DNA of 64,000 nt from Pseudovirgaria hyperparasitica (lineage: Eukaryota): assembly GCA_010093815.1 (NCBI GenBank), contig ML996576.1. One strand, written 5' to 3'. How positions within the stretch are numbered: position 1 is the first letter of the stretch; each line of letters opens with the position of its first letter. Positions 1-17,300 of the stretch are shown in pieces. A model generated the notes under the pieces. That model searched no databases, had not been told where the DNA came from, and saw only the letters and a list, made by a program, of their open reading frames with translations. A program made the translations under genes and the position numbers.

Positions 1-3110
<3,110 letters not shown>

Positions 3111-3760
3111 GAGATACAAGCCAACATACATAACGGTATACAGCAGAATGAGGCCTAAAAGTTCAAGAGGCGGAAGCCCGTGGTTTGACGTGTACCTAAC
3201 AACATGGTATCTAACCTGACCTCGAAGGAGTGTTTAAGTATGTGGCAAGGAATTTTCAGATCATCATAATGGGATGGGATAGACCAGACGTAGATAATGT
3301 CCCGGGTACCACTTCTCATGAGATCTGAGATGCAAAGTGCATCATCATGTTACCAAATTGATTATAATAAATAATAGTAGTAGTATTAGTCTTATCACCA
3401 TTCTAGAGTCCCATCACCCAAAAAGGTTTGACCATGAGAACAAGGCATAACCAGTAGTATAGCTACGCAATCGAGGTACCAGTGATTACCAACCATATAG
3501 TGGTACTAGTCATGAATTATGAGTTCCAAGTCGCGATGATATACATACATATAGATCGATTGATATCTCCCACCCAGTAGTCTCTAGTATTATAGATGCC
3601 AGAAAGTGGATATATACATACTTTAGTCTATCTAGTGTATAAACAACAACCTCTCTCGTGTCATGAGTACGGTGACTGATGAGGATGGATGTAGTACAAG
3701 TTCGTTAGCTCTAGTGACATGCCTTTGATTATACGAATGTGTATATGCTCTTAATGTGCG

Positions 3761-3854
3761 CTTGACGTACTCTTGACGTACTCTTGACGTACTCTTGACA
3801 TACTCTTGACATACTCTTGACATACTCTTGACATACTCTTGATGTACTCTTGAC
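3761..3854. repeat. 11-bp minisatellite, ~8.5 units of CTTGA(C/T)(G/A)TACT
   Basis: CTTGACGTACT x3, CTTGACATACT x4, CTTGATGTACT x1, then partial CTTGAC. Confidence 0.95.
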
Positions 3855-4661
3855 CATAGTTCGTGTACAAATCATGTGCATCTTAAACGCATTTCCAGTG
3901 ATACAGAACAGTCTTCCGGGAACAGATAGATCCGAGTGTGTACGCACGCAAAAGGCCAGGATTACCATGGTGTCGCAACATCACGAGTTTACATTGCGAG
4001 AAACATCATGCATATGTAAGTTCAATGTGTGTGTACGGTATTTAGACATATATACACCAGCATGTGTATGTACAGAGCAAGCTAGAATGAACTGTCTCAT
4101 ACATGATGTTAGACTGTGATGATAGATAGATAGATACTAGCATGAGAAAGAACAGTACTATGCTGCTACAGTGGGGATATGGAGATGCTTTACATTGCCG
4201 CTGAAATCCTTGTTCATATAGGGACATATATCGAGACAGGCAGACAACGAGCACGTAGACCTTAGACCAGAACACATATACCAGGTCAGTTGTGCTGTAG
4301 ACGGAAGGCAGCACAGAGCATCGCCGTTTCTATCATAGCACGACCGCAAGCTATACTAACTTTGGGTCGACAAGTCCCACGGCGCGCGATCCTCAATTTG
4401 CGCATACCAGCGCAAGCAATTACGACTAGTACATCAGTCACACGGGCAACGACTCTTTGTTGTGCGATTCAGGAGAGAACTTCGTTCGGGATAATGCTCG
4501 CCCACCACCCGCTCGACTTGACGTCAGCCAGGGGCAACCACACACAGCCTCTGCGATGCGGCACTAGAATGATGATCCTGGGGAGTGGTGTTCAAAGCGT
4601 GATCATGGTGGTTTCAGGACGCACTTTACTGTCCGGTGTAAGTGGTGATTTAGAGCCGTGG

Positions 4662-4719
4662 CAGTTGCCAGTTGCCAGTCGTCAGTTGCCAGTTGCCAGT
4701 TGCCAGCTGTCAGTTGCCA
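4662..4719. repeat. 7-bp tandem repeat (CAGTTGC)n, degenerate
   Basis: cagttgccagttgccagtcgtcagttgccagttgccagttgccagctgtcagttgcca. Confidence 0.85.
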
Positions 4720-7700
4720 TTGCGTTGCTCGCCACATGAATGCAGCGTAAACGAGCGGCCGTGGGCAAGGGAGGTTGAGTCAACCGTGCACGGAGCATTG
4801 CTGGGAATCATCAATGACAATTAGGATTCAGTTTCTGGTGGTCATAGTTTCGCCGCTAATGATACACAAGTCATGAGGTTCGCGGCAGAGACAACGTCCA
4901 ACACAGACTAAATTGTCACGACAGGCTTTACGAGTCTTGTATGCACCACTGGATCGTCGTGAGGTATATTTTAGATCCGGTGTACATTACATGGGAGCTT
5001 CTTTTATCAATTCGCACGAGCCACGTACGACAGTGGTGACCAGACAGACACGGGTATGACTCAATGGCTGTAGAGTATATGCAGCCGCAAGATGTAAGCC
5101 TTAGGCCAAATAAGGCGGCTGAGTGTATGGGCAGTCACGCTGTATACATAGCCGAGTAGTTGGACCACAACAACCTATGCTGCGGTGTGGGATGGACCAG
5201 CGGGGACGAGTTCTTGTCTGTATCTAAGCAGGGACGAAGCCGTTAGCCGCCGTCGGACTGCAGAGCCAGATCAACGTAAGAATGGTTCAGCGTGCGGCGT
5301 GATCGGGTTTGAGGTCTCAGCCCTATCGAACTACCAGCATGGCAGCCTGAAAACTACCGATGCCAAGTCGGATACAACAGCGATCATGCATGGTCGAAGC
5401 AAACGTAGAGCCATAGAAGTATGGCACAGCGTATTCCAAGGCTGCCCTGGAGAGACCAAGATAGAACGATCGGGATGTCAAGCAGCCGCCGGGTTTTCGT
5501 TTCAGATCATGCGATGTGCCCGGGGTGTCGCGATTCGTATTGCGTTCAGACGCAGAGGTCATTCAAGGGTCTCATACGCTCTAGATGCGTCTGTCAATGA
5601 GGCACAGGACGTTCAGAAACACTGCTTGCAGTGAAAGCCTGGCAGCGATGTCGTAAAAATGGGTACTGAACAAAATCCCCACACCAGGTATGTGTGGGTA
5701 CGCGGATGCTACAGACGGTGAACGCTCGTGAGATGCACAAGACAGTGGCCGTGAAGTCGACTGGAAGGTGGAATGGGATAGCATAGCAGATACAAAACGG
5801 CGCAAAGTGACTTCTCGTAGGCGTGTACCAGACTATAGCGATATGTCAGTGAAGGATCATGTGGGAGAGAAAACTGGAGGATAGGTGGACAACAAGCGTC
5901 TAGAGAGTATGCCGTGTCATGCGTTGTGATCAGCGAGGTACAGGCCATCGTGCTATTGGTATACGGCAGCGGATGAATCAGGGCCACAGATTTTAAGCAT
6001 TGGGCTCAAGTTTCACTGGATGGGGGACGTGGCGTCATGACTCTTGTATTTGGATTCGTTCGCAAGGATGTCAATCCCAGGCGGAACAAGGGCCTATGAG
6101 GAGGTCGATAAAGGCCAGGAGATAGAGATGGCGAGTAACGCCAGTCCAGGAGGCTTGCAAGAAATGGAAGCGAATACAATTTTAGACACGATTCGGTGGA
6201 CTGCATTGACATTCTCCAAGAGAGCGGGACATACAGAAACAGAACTTACAGAGCGGAAAGAGAATAATATTCCATACACATTCAGTCGTGCCGTGCCCAA
6301 AACTTTGGATTAAGGTGTCGTTGACACGAGGTTTTTATGTACAGTAAACCAGTCGATTCGATAGGTATTGGAGTAGTTCAGATCCCAAAATGGGATAAAC
6401 AGCTGCCCCTCCACCTGATGCTCCAATGAGCTTCGGCATATCTGCAGCTCATGCTCGAGCAAGCGACCAATAAGGCGCGCAGGACACATAGAGGTAAACA
6501 TACCTGGAAGAGTGACTCGCGGAAAAGTCAGAGTTATATGGTCCGCACAGATGATGAGCCGAGACGCAGAGGCAGGGGAATTCTGTCCGCGCGGCGATAA
6601 TTGCCTGTGTGGCGTCGCCTAAGAGTCCTGATCTGAGCGCTGGGTAGTGGTTTAATGTGTTGTAGATGCAATGCGATCGATACTAGGGGGCTTGTATCGG
6701 GGTCCCACTTCCCACGGCAAAGAGACAGGTGGAGGCTATGTTCGCAGTATCGTCGGTGTCACAGGTGTACAGTAGAATAAGAAGCGAGCCGAGGGAGACG
6801 AAACATAGCATTCTTGGTAGTGAGGGAAGGTGAAGGGCATGGACAAGGAAGTGACAACGGGAATGTCCCGAGTGGATAGTGGACGGTGGACACGCCAGAG
6901 GTTGATAGCGGCCTGGCGATCAGGCAGCGGTCCATGTTCAGGTCAGGATCAGAATGGAGATCAGGTTCAGGATCAGGGTGGAAGAGGCATGCGGTGATCT
7001 TTCTTGCTTGCTGTGCCTCAACAGTCGCATCTCCACATGTGTGCGACCCCCCCTCCCCCTGTTCTTTCTTTCTCTCTCCCATTCTCTCGTCAGCTCTCCC
7101 TAAGCCTGAAGCAGCACACACAGCCACGAGCCAAGTATTTGGAAAGGATACTGGCGTCCAGATTTGGATCTGCGGCACACTAAAGTTTAGTGGCCGGAAT
7201 AAACCATAGCGTTCATGTCAGAGATGTAGACTTTTACGGTGCCGTAGACCATGATCGACTGCCGGCTGGGCGAGGCTTCAAGGCGCACAGAGAGAGCACA
7301 GGAAGCAAGCTCAGTGCGCAGTGGCTGATATTGCATCTCGGTGATTTTTTGTTCTAGAAGTATCATCGTATTGACGTGGGGGAGGAGGTAAAGGAGCGGA
7401 GGTGGCGGAGGTGGTGGAGGTGGTGGAGAAGGTGGAGTATCAAATTGGGATGATGTGAGTAGAAGACACAGAAGCGAGAGAAATAATTAAGCGATGTTAA
7501 GCATGCCGAGTTAGTATAAGCACGGAGCTACGTGATTAGTCCCGGGCGGCAAGCTGCCGTACTATCAATTAGTTGAAGGAGGTAGAGGTACTAACAGATA
7601 CGCAGCTGAGTATGCTGTATACGCGCGATGATTAGAGCGATCCCGCATTTCGTGGAGACTATACTTACCTAGGGAGTCGCAGTTGTAGCCTTACATAATC

Positions 7701-10700
7701 AACAAAGGTAAACTTCAATTGATGAGAGGTAATTAATTACCCGTGACAAGTTGAACAGGGCTGAGATCATAATAGCATCATAGCTTAGCTAGCGAGGTAG
7801 GCACGCCCGGGCACTTTGCTAGTGTACAGACTAACCCGTCTAGGACAGCCCAATGTTGCTAGACACCACTGCATCTCAGACACTCACTCCGACAATGATG
7901 ACCCCCCAGGCCAGCACTCTTGACTCTTGGAGGCGGCACGGAATTCGACTGCCGCAAAAATGTTACTTTGGCCGTGCTTCTGTTATTTTATTAAATGATC
8001 TTACTGGCGCGAAAATTGGGCTGCTCGAAAAGATGGGTGCGAGCGACTGAGATGCCTCTACCTAAGCAAGCATTCGTTTTCCATCTGAACGACGATACGA
8101 TGGATGGACTGACTGACCGAAAGGCGCAGCTGAACTTCACCAATGCGATCTGACTAGAATAATGGTTAAATTAATCTAGTGCTAAGCCAGTGCCAACGTG
8201 GGAGACGCGCGGATGTGTTTGCAGACGCAGACGTAGCTTGACTACTACCGAAATGCTGGTGGAGTGATAGATGCATTATTCGTATCCAACGGCAGTGTCC
8301 TAGAATGTATTAGAGGATTTCGTACAGACGTTTGAAGCTACAGTATACAGACGAGACGGGACGGGAACGATGAACGATGAACGATGAACGACGGATGGGT
8401 TCTGGTGAGTTCGTGACTGAAACTGCGCCGTACGTGACTAAGTATACCGTAGGGATGCCGGCAATTGTAGGGCTGTCGGGAACCCTGTCTACAAACAAAT
8501 AGCGGTACATGGCAGTAATTAGCAGCTACTAGGTAGGTGGCTACGGAAGTCAAACACGAAGCTAAATGTCCGGAAAGTAGAACCAAACATCCCGTTGGAG
8601 CAGATCTTGACAGCTCCATAATATCTTAGACCAGAACTAATGTAGGTCCAAGACATCCTGACAGCGACCATTTCCATGTTTGTCAGATAACCCTCAAGGG
8701 AGGCATCGATCTTGTAACACAGGAGATAGGTACTTCTACTTCTTTTGGCTAGTAACCTGCAGTCACCTAAGAGGTATCAAGACCTTCTATCGTCCAACCT
8801 CACTCGATCCTGGAGTAATGCTAGTGGTAGCAGCCATGGCATTCCTTGCTGTCAGCCCGTCAACTGCAAGCAACACACTACCGCATCTTTGCCGAGTCTC
8901 CTCTAGGGCTGAGAGGTATGGATGGTGGTGCTCTTGGTGGGATAGCCCTGCTGGTGATGGTGGTCCACTGAGGATTGAATAGTGGTGGTGATAGTGGGCA
9001 ACAACAACTTCGCCCCGCCACAAGCCACTGGAATACCATCAACAAGGCCATCATCACCATCGCCATCCATGCTGTACCATCATCAATCAACTTTCAACTT
9101 TCAACTTTCATCAATCATTCAACCTTGAACCTCCAACCTAACTCGGCACGGCCATCCATCCATGCCTGCTAATTATGTCGGCCTCTTTCTCGTCCGAAAT
9201 TCCCATTGTTCTCTATAACCTATCTATTGTTTTTATAACCTTTGATGCCTGTCCAGTGACCCAGTCCCAGTCATGCAGCCAGCGTCTGTGCACGCTGTTT
9301 CGCGTTCTGAGCCTTTGCCCTTCCCGTTAAACCCGTCCCTGTCTCTCCCCACAAACCCAGCATCCTTCCATCTCCCATTCCCATCCTCGTTTGCCATGGG
9401 GGGGTTTATGGTGGTGGTGGTGGTGGTGGTGGTGGTGCTTTTGTTTGTTCCCTCAACCTTAAACCCCCTCGCTGCATAGGTTATCCTTCTAGGCCCTCGT
9501 TACTATTCCTGTTGCTGCCACTACCTTGACTGCTAACTGCTGCTGCTGCTGCTAATCAAATGTAATAATGCTAATGCTGCTAGGTGCTATTCTACTCAAG
9601 GTCCCAGCTACTACTAATTACTGCTACCAACTGTTCTCCTCTCCCCCCCTGTCAACTCTACTTCTAAAGCTGCCCGTCTCGATCCTATCCGTTGTCCCAG
9701 TTTCCCATCCATCACCCATTTCCCTTTATCCTTGTGCCTTGTTCCTTGATCTACCATCCCCGCTCTCTGTCTTTGCCGCTAGCTCTGCTGCCCTGCTGCT
9801 CCACCATCTCTCTCACCCGTCCGCCTGTCTGATGAATCCTGATAGCCCGTCGTCTGGTGTTAAATATCAAACGCCTCTGCCGTGACCGTCGCTTGGATCA
9901 ACCCCAACGACCATACCTCACCCTCCACTTAGATCTATCGTTCGTCTTTCCATCCACTTCTACTGTCCTGGGTTCTATACATCTGTACGCCGATCCTTCT
10001 ACCACCCTCGTCCGGTTTCGTCCTTGCATATTCGACTATTCGCCCTTCATAAAACTCCTGACGCTCCATCTGCATCTCTCACCTACCTACTACACTCACA
10101 CCGTCTCCAACCTTCTTGTCTCTCTGCTCTCCATCTCTACACCAACTAGAAGAGTGCACTGTTAGTTCCTGGATCGTACAAGGCTGCATCCCGGAACCTC
10201 ACCCTACCTACTTCCTGCAGCTCTGTCGTCAGCTACTGTCGTGCTCCAGCGCCACAGGCCACGACTTCACGAATAATCCCACCGCTGTTGGCTGCTGACA
10301 GGCCTCGTCTTCACCTTGCCTCTCACGACTCACTGCCAGCCATCTCTCGCTTTCTCCCTCTCTCTCTCTCTCTCCCTCTTCGCTCTCGGCAAATCCACTG
10401 CTTGTGTTTCTGTTTCCGTGCGACACTGGCAAAGGTGGGGTTTGCTTTTATTTCTCCCATCTCCTCTTCTCGCTCTGCTGTCATGTCTGATATTTAGCAT
10501 CTCACTTATTGCGATCCTCCCTATGCACTTTCCATCTTGGCTGTCTACTGTCGCATATCCCTTGATATTCATGTCTCCAAACCGCGCGCTCAATCAGCCT
10601 TGAACATATGTCTATCTTCTGTCCGCGCTGATTGAATTTTGGCTTCGAGAAGATCAACCTCGCTGACATGAATTCAGGATACTGCCATTACGTTAAGAGC

Positions 10701-10752
10701 TTGTGGGATACAAGACCACCACCGCAGTAATTTCTCCGCATACGTGTCCAGC

Positions 10753-13268
10753 ATGGTTCAAAATCCACTGGCAGAGGCTAGCACCAATGGTGAAGCGTCC
10801 AACAAACCCGTCAAAGTCGAGGTATGAGATCCAATCCTTTCCCTTTACCTATTCCATGAGCAGTCGAGGAACCCACTTTCAACCATCGCTGTCGAGCTTC
10901 ACGACATTCCAACGTCGGGTTCCCCGCCTGCCCCGCCATTCCGGATCCCAGCTCTCCATGCAACCATATCGTCAACTGCTGCGCTACTGGCTCGCGAGCA
11001 CCCCTCCAATCTACTGCTAACCCATCGCTTCACAGCATGACCCCGACCGTCTCTCATTAGAGTCGGCCGCCTACTCTTTCAGATCTGATCAGGATTCGGG
11101 CTATGTTTTGTCAATCTATCAGAAAAATGGGCAGTGGCGACGGTTCATGTCCAACGGCCTTGCACCGCCACATAGTGCCCAGTTCGACAGGGCTCTCAAT
11201 CATTCCACAGCTCTTGAAATGCATCGTAGGTCAAGACCAGCCTTCGCCACTCCATCTTTTTGCTGCGCTGTGACTGACCAGACTCTAGTTCATGAAGGCG
11301 GTCTTCTGCCCCGCCGTAATTCACCAGCCCAATCAGACTCCCCTAAATTTGATGATGCAAACGTAGTGATAGTGCAGCCCAGTCGAAAGCGTGCAAGGAT
11401 AGTTGACGACACAGACGATGGATACATCAAAGTCGACGAAGATGCCTCCGATAATGATGATGACGAGGATAGCACTTCTTCTCCGCCATCTTGTCTCAAC
11501 AATCTCCCCGACCCTCTCGTACCCATCTCATCCATCTCCTTTGCCGACCGAGATGCTGTCAACAAATTTCTCCGCAAGAGAATTCATGACCTCCAACAAC
11601 TGGCCCTGAAGGCCGTTCTGAAACAATGGATCAAATCTGTTGAACCGAGAAAGCAGTCCAAGTATCCCTATGTTGCTGGGAAGTACCCTCCGTGGTGGCC
11701 TAGCAACATAAGATTCAAGGAGCCAGACCATCTCCATCTCCATGGTATTTACGCCCGTCTCCACTATCCAACACCTGTACTAACACCTCTTGAGACCGCG
11801 TTGAACTGTCACTTGTCATTCTTGGCATCTATGAAAATGACCGATTAGTCGAAGATTTGGACAGGTCAGCCCAAGAGCATGCCAGAAGAGGCACAGCCCG
11901 GAGCGGATGGGTCGACATGCTCAGAAACTCCACAAGAGACTTGCCTTTGGTATTCGATTCTGAGAGGGAATCTCAAGAAAGGAAAACCCGCAGGAAAGAG
12001 ATCTTGCGCGACATTTACGACGCTGCGTTTGTTATGGAAGAGATCCATTATGAAGAAAGAGGTAGGCTTCTATTGCTTTTCGCGTACACTGCATCACTCT
12101 GTGGCAATGTGCATCGATGTACACTACGCCAAAAAGTCGTGGCTCCGCCATATAGCGGCCCGGTCCTAGCCACTCACTATTTCTTGACGGTCGGGTTTGG
12201 GTCGATCTGCATTACCTGATTAAGTTTAGCAGTTCCATGATCCTACGTAACCTCGCAGTCGCTAGACGCTAGAGGATGTTCGCAAACACTTGCTAACTCT
12301 TCGCAGACGAAGACTTTACGAAGACGTATACCGATCCGACACCTAGCAAAAAGGGTCGCGAACCTCGCAGTAAGAGGATTAAATTCGAGGGTATTCGCTC
12401 CAGTGTCCAGCCAGCTGGTGGACCAGTGGGTGCCACCCCAATGAAGATCGACGATGCCTCTGATATGGTGGTGGACTGGTCGACCAACGCCTGCACTGCA
12501 TCAACCTCAAACTCCCTTACATCGACTGCACAATTCTCATCCATCGAGAATTCTTCACGACGACCTGTCCAGCAACGTGCCATCCGGCCCGCTGCGACGA
12601 CGCGGGACATGATGAACAGTCGACCAACATATGCTCTTTCAAGACAGTCCAGTACCAACAGCGCAACTGGTGGAATTTATCACTCTTCTGTTGTGGCGCC
12701 TCGGCAGATCATCAGTAATGCCGGTGTCGCCACGAGCCACCCTCGAGAGTTCACGCTTGATCCTGAATCTTCGATACGAGATTCAAGCATGCAATACCAG
12801 GACGTAATAAGTCCGGGTGAAGTGCATGCGTACCAAATATCGATTCCGACTTCTCAGCACCAGCACCAGACATGGGCGACTCCGGTTTCACCAAACCAAA
12901 ATGGCCGGACTTCAGGACCTTCATCAAATGCCAGCGTGTCTTATCAAACTCACTATGGGGCTTCACCAATGACTCTGTCACCAATGTCGCAAACCGACTT
13001 CAGCTCTTTTACGAGTTCACCTTCCACAGACGCCAACTCCACCGTGCAATTCCATACACAGATGGAGCAAATGTCAGGGTCGTATGTACCCAACAGCATG
13101 GCATATGATCGAACTCAACATACGAACTACAACAACTATCAGTACGACCACCTCGATCCAATGCTGTGTGCACCCGTGCCATCTCGACACGACGTCAAGC
13201 AGGACGATCCGACCAATGCTTTCCCCGGCACGGCCAATATTAACGTCAACTATGATCACTATCAATGA
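10753..13268 (+). CDS. DUF2841 / YDR124W-like protein
   Basis: Core motif LQQLALKAVLKQWIKSVEPRKQSKYPY...PPWWPSNIRFKEPDHL. Exons join in frame with introns at 10822-11035, 11226-11288, 11745-11794 and 12062-12306. Ser/Gln-rich disordered C-terminus. Confidence 0.8.
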
Positions 13269-14354
13269 GTTTCATGACTTTTCCCCTATACTGTCTCCGC
13301 ACCATGGTTTCCAATTACGTATTGTCATCTGGCATCATATCTCCGGAAGTCTGGCGCAATATGTCATTCATTGTCACGACTCATCGCTGTTCATACCCCG
13401 TTGCGCTTGATGCGACCTCGATTACGTGTTCATACATCGAGGATTAGCGCCACTGAGTTTCGCACGTATCAAAATTGCTGTTTCTTCTTCCCTGTGTCTC
13501 AGATCTCATGATTTCTTGCGTCGCCTTTGTGGTTTTTGGTATAGTTTGATGTGGTATCGGTGTACTGATGGAATCGAGATGAAAGTGATTGGCTTTGGCG
13601 TTGGAGTTGATGAGCGTGGGGCGGGACTGTTAAAGTACCTAGTCCGTCTGATATTACTCTAAAGGTGGCGTCAATGGCACCCAGGTTTCATAGTACAATA
13701 GCGAAAGCAATTGGAGTGAAATGCTTTGATGACATGGTTTCTTGCAGTAAGACCCACTCTGTAGAAGTAAGCTGATTACCTTGCTGTCCAATAGCCAGGA
13801 TAGGACGTCCAAGCCGCTAACAGAAATGGTAATTTCAAATAGAGTCGGTCGTGGAAGTTCGCTGCGCTACAAGTGAGCGCCTTGTAGTTCCCGGCACGCC
13901 ACGCTGAGATGCATGATCTATACCGCAGTTTTACCGATAGTGAACGGTACGTTGCAGTATGCGCACGGATCATTCACGCTCTACATCTCGCTGCGCGCGC
14001 CAAACAAGCTCTCGCGACTGAATCCGCGCTCACGATTCCCCATCCTGACGCAACCGGAATTGCTTATTCTCTATACGCTAAACCTTCCAACCTTGTTGTT
14101 TAACCTTTTATTTCATACCAACACCCATCGCCAATTTGACTGAACACAGCACCTCAAAACATCTACTCCGCCTAACATTGATCATCTGCGCAAAAGCAAC
14201 ATAAAGTCCCAATATCCCACCGCACATTCCCGCATACCTGCACGGCTCCGAGGCTGCACGAGTTGATCCTACAACGCTGCTCATACATTGTCTGCCAACA
14301 CAACACTCTTCACAAATCTCATGAAGTCGTGGTCGGATCTTCAACATCTTCACG

Positions 14355-17300
14355 ATGTTTGAAGGCCGCTCGGGCCGAGGATCGACGATCACAAAAGGCG
14401 GTCCGGGGCTCCTCAAAGGTCCACATACGAAATTTCAGGGAGCTACAGACGATACGGCCCGCTTAAAGAGTCGACATGGGATGAACAATGTCTCTCGCGG
14501 CGGTGCGCGCGGAAACGCGCGCAGCACGGCATCCACAAGAGGAAGAGGAAGAGGTGGCAGAGCGCAACCTAGCGGATATCCATCGCAGCGGCGAAAGTCA
14601 CAAGACTCACATATTTCACAAGAAGGCGAATCCCAGACTTCGGTCACATACAAACCAACTGGTGATGCTGCACATGACCGTTGGAAGCTGCTTCAGCAGA
14701 GGAGACAGATTGAAACCAAGAATGCAATCGACAAGGGTCTGATATGGGATCAGAGCAAGAAGGGTATGCGTCTCGGCGACGCCCGAGCTCCCAGAGGAAC
14801 TTGTCCGAGCATGTGTCCGGAATACGAAAGAGCCGAGAGAATTTCGAACAACGATGTTTGGGCTCAAGAACGAGACGCCCAAAACAAACCAGACGAAACA
14901 AGAATGGTCAAGAAGTTTCGACGAGCAGCAGCAGGGCAGGGTGAAGCTCTCCCTTCAGACCTCAGGCCTCCGGAAATGCTCCAGAAAACAATGGACTTCC
15001 TCGTCAACGATGTGATTGCGAATGCAGAATGGCTTGGCGACGTGGCCAAATTTGTTTGGGATCGGACGCGTATGATCCGGACTGACTTTACCATCCAAAG
15101 AGTCGCGGAAGTCAAGAAGGACTACTCGAATATGGCGGATGTCAGGATCGCTATGGAGACATACGAACGGTGCATCCGTTACCATATCCTATCGATGCAC
15201 CACAACGGTGATACCGCGCGGGAGACAAAGCCAGACTACAGTTGGCAACAGGACCTGGAGCAACTCGAAAGCACCTTCTCCACGCTTACCCACATGTACG
15301 ATGATCATAGAGATCACTATCGCTCTCCAAATGAGGTTGAAATGAAGTCATACCAGATCATCCTTGCTGTACGAAAAGCGACGCAGAGTTTAGAGCACGA
15401 CATAGAAACTAAGTGGCCTCCGGAGTTCATCACAAATCCAGCTATTGACGTGGCTCTCAAAATATACGCTGCTGCCGGCGACATAAAGAAAACCCATGGC
15501 CCGCTGAGGCCGGAAACCACATTTCCCGTAGTTCAGGCCAATTGGCAACATTTCTGGAATACTGTGAGATCAAGTCAGGTGTCGTACCTTATGGCTTGCG
15601 CTGCTGAGGCTGTCTTCGACATCGTTAGACACAATGCTCTCAACGCGATCTGGAATGGGTACAACCGGGGAAAGGGAAAGCCAACGGACTTTGAAATAAA
15701 AGATCTGAAGGACATTTTAGCTTTTGATACTCCCGAAGAGACGCTCACTTACTGTGAGTATTTCGGCTTCACAGCATATGTGGATGCTATGGGACGTTTG
15801 TGCCTAGATCTTGGCGAGGTGCGCACCACCAGAGATCCTCTACGCAAGCCGAAGGATGGACTCAAACCTCAGTACATGGCAAAGTGGATTGAGCCAAAGC
15901 GAAAGCGCCGCAATCTTGCAGCCATCATAAACGGCTGGTCTGTTGAAGAAGCTGAGAAGCATGGCATGCTCGTTGAACAGATCGAAGAGAATGTTCACGT
16001 TGAAGACGTTCCAATGAAGGTGTCGAAGAAGTTTCGTAACGAGTCTTCACTCTTCGTACCAGAGAACCCAGAGAGCCCCGAAAACAGTGAAGTCGATGCG
16101 GAAGGAGATGAAGAGGCTGAGGACGACGAGGACGACGACGGGGACCAAGAGAACGAAGATGAAAGTGAATATGAGGATGAGGATGAGGATGGGGATAAGG
16201 ACGAAGAGGAGGAAGAGCACGAAGGGAACCAAGATGTCGCTACTGCCACCGCTGCTGTCGCTCATCCTGGCCGTCGCCCTGAGGACAATCCTTCACCCAA
16301 GCTCAACCCTTTCGCAAGCGCATTTCAACCTCGAAACAGTCTCGGTACGACCACGAAAGCCTTCGGTGGGACTTTCGGACAGCCTTCGGTTTCGTATACA
16401 CAACCCCCGGCTAAGACCGCCACTTCTAGCCCATTTTCTGCTTTCGCATCAGCCTCGAATCCCTCATCAAGCTCGACCTTTGGCAAACCCTCTTTCCAGC
16501 CGCCCATTGCGGTACAGAAACCTACATCTTTGTCCGCTACCACTTCAACACCTGAAGACGGGGCTAGCTCTACTTTGGCTGCTCAAAGTCTGCTAACACA
16601 GTCGGCATTCTCGCAGCCTCCCTCGTCACATGACTCGAAACCGTCCTCTGTGGCTTCACCTTTCGCACCTCCGAATCCATCACCTAGCGGTACGACATCT
16701 CCACTATCAACTTCTGCGAAATCTGTCACCCATCCGGAATCAGCATACAATCTAGCATCTGCGAGCGAAGGCCGCAGTAATGACCTTGCAGCCAAATCCT
16801 CCACCTCATCTACAGCTACTGCTCCAGCAACCAACCCTTTCGGTTTTGGTGGTACATTTCCCTCATTCACGACTACACGACCTTCACAAATACCCGCGCA
16901 AGCGTCGTCGAGCCTTCAATCCTTCACCAAAAACACGCAAGCTCAACCCTTACCTCCGCAGGTCAGCTCCTCAAGCTCAACATCGACCGCAACATTGTCT
17001 GCGTTTGCACCGACCTCTGCACCAGCTTCTACTGCTTTCACGCCATCTTCAGTGACCAAAGTGACAGGCCCAGCAGCATCGACGTTAAACTCATCACCAC
17101 TGGCAAAGCCTACGCAGACGCAGAACGATGGCGATCCGAGCATTACAGGGGAACAGCAGATCTCGTCTTCATTCTCGAAGTCTACTGTGTCATCACAATT
17201 TCCAGAGTCTACTATCTCTGATCAACAGAACCGCACCCAAAAGCGGTCTGAAATATTCGAGTCGCTTGCTGTTCAGCTCATCGAAGAGCCTGAGCGTGGA

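Noticed and set aside
3632..3968. ORFs with repeated SRVCQEYVKS; CRISPR-like appearance
   Set aside because: Head-to-tail 11-bp minisatellite with no spacers in a eukaryotic genome.
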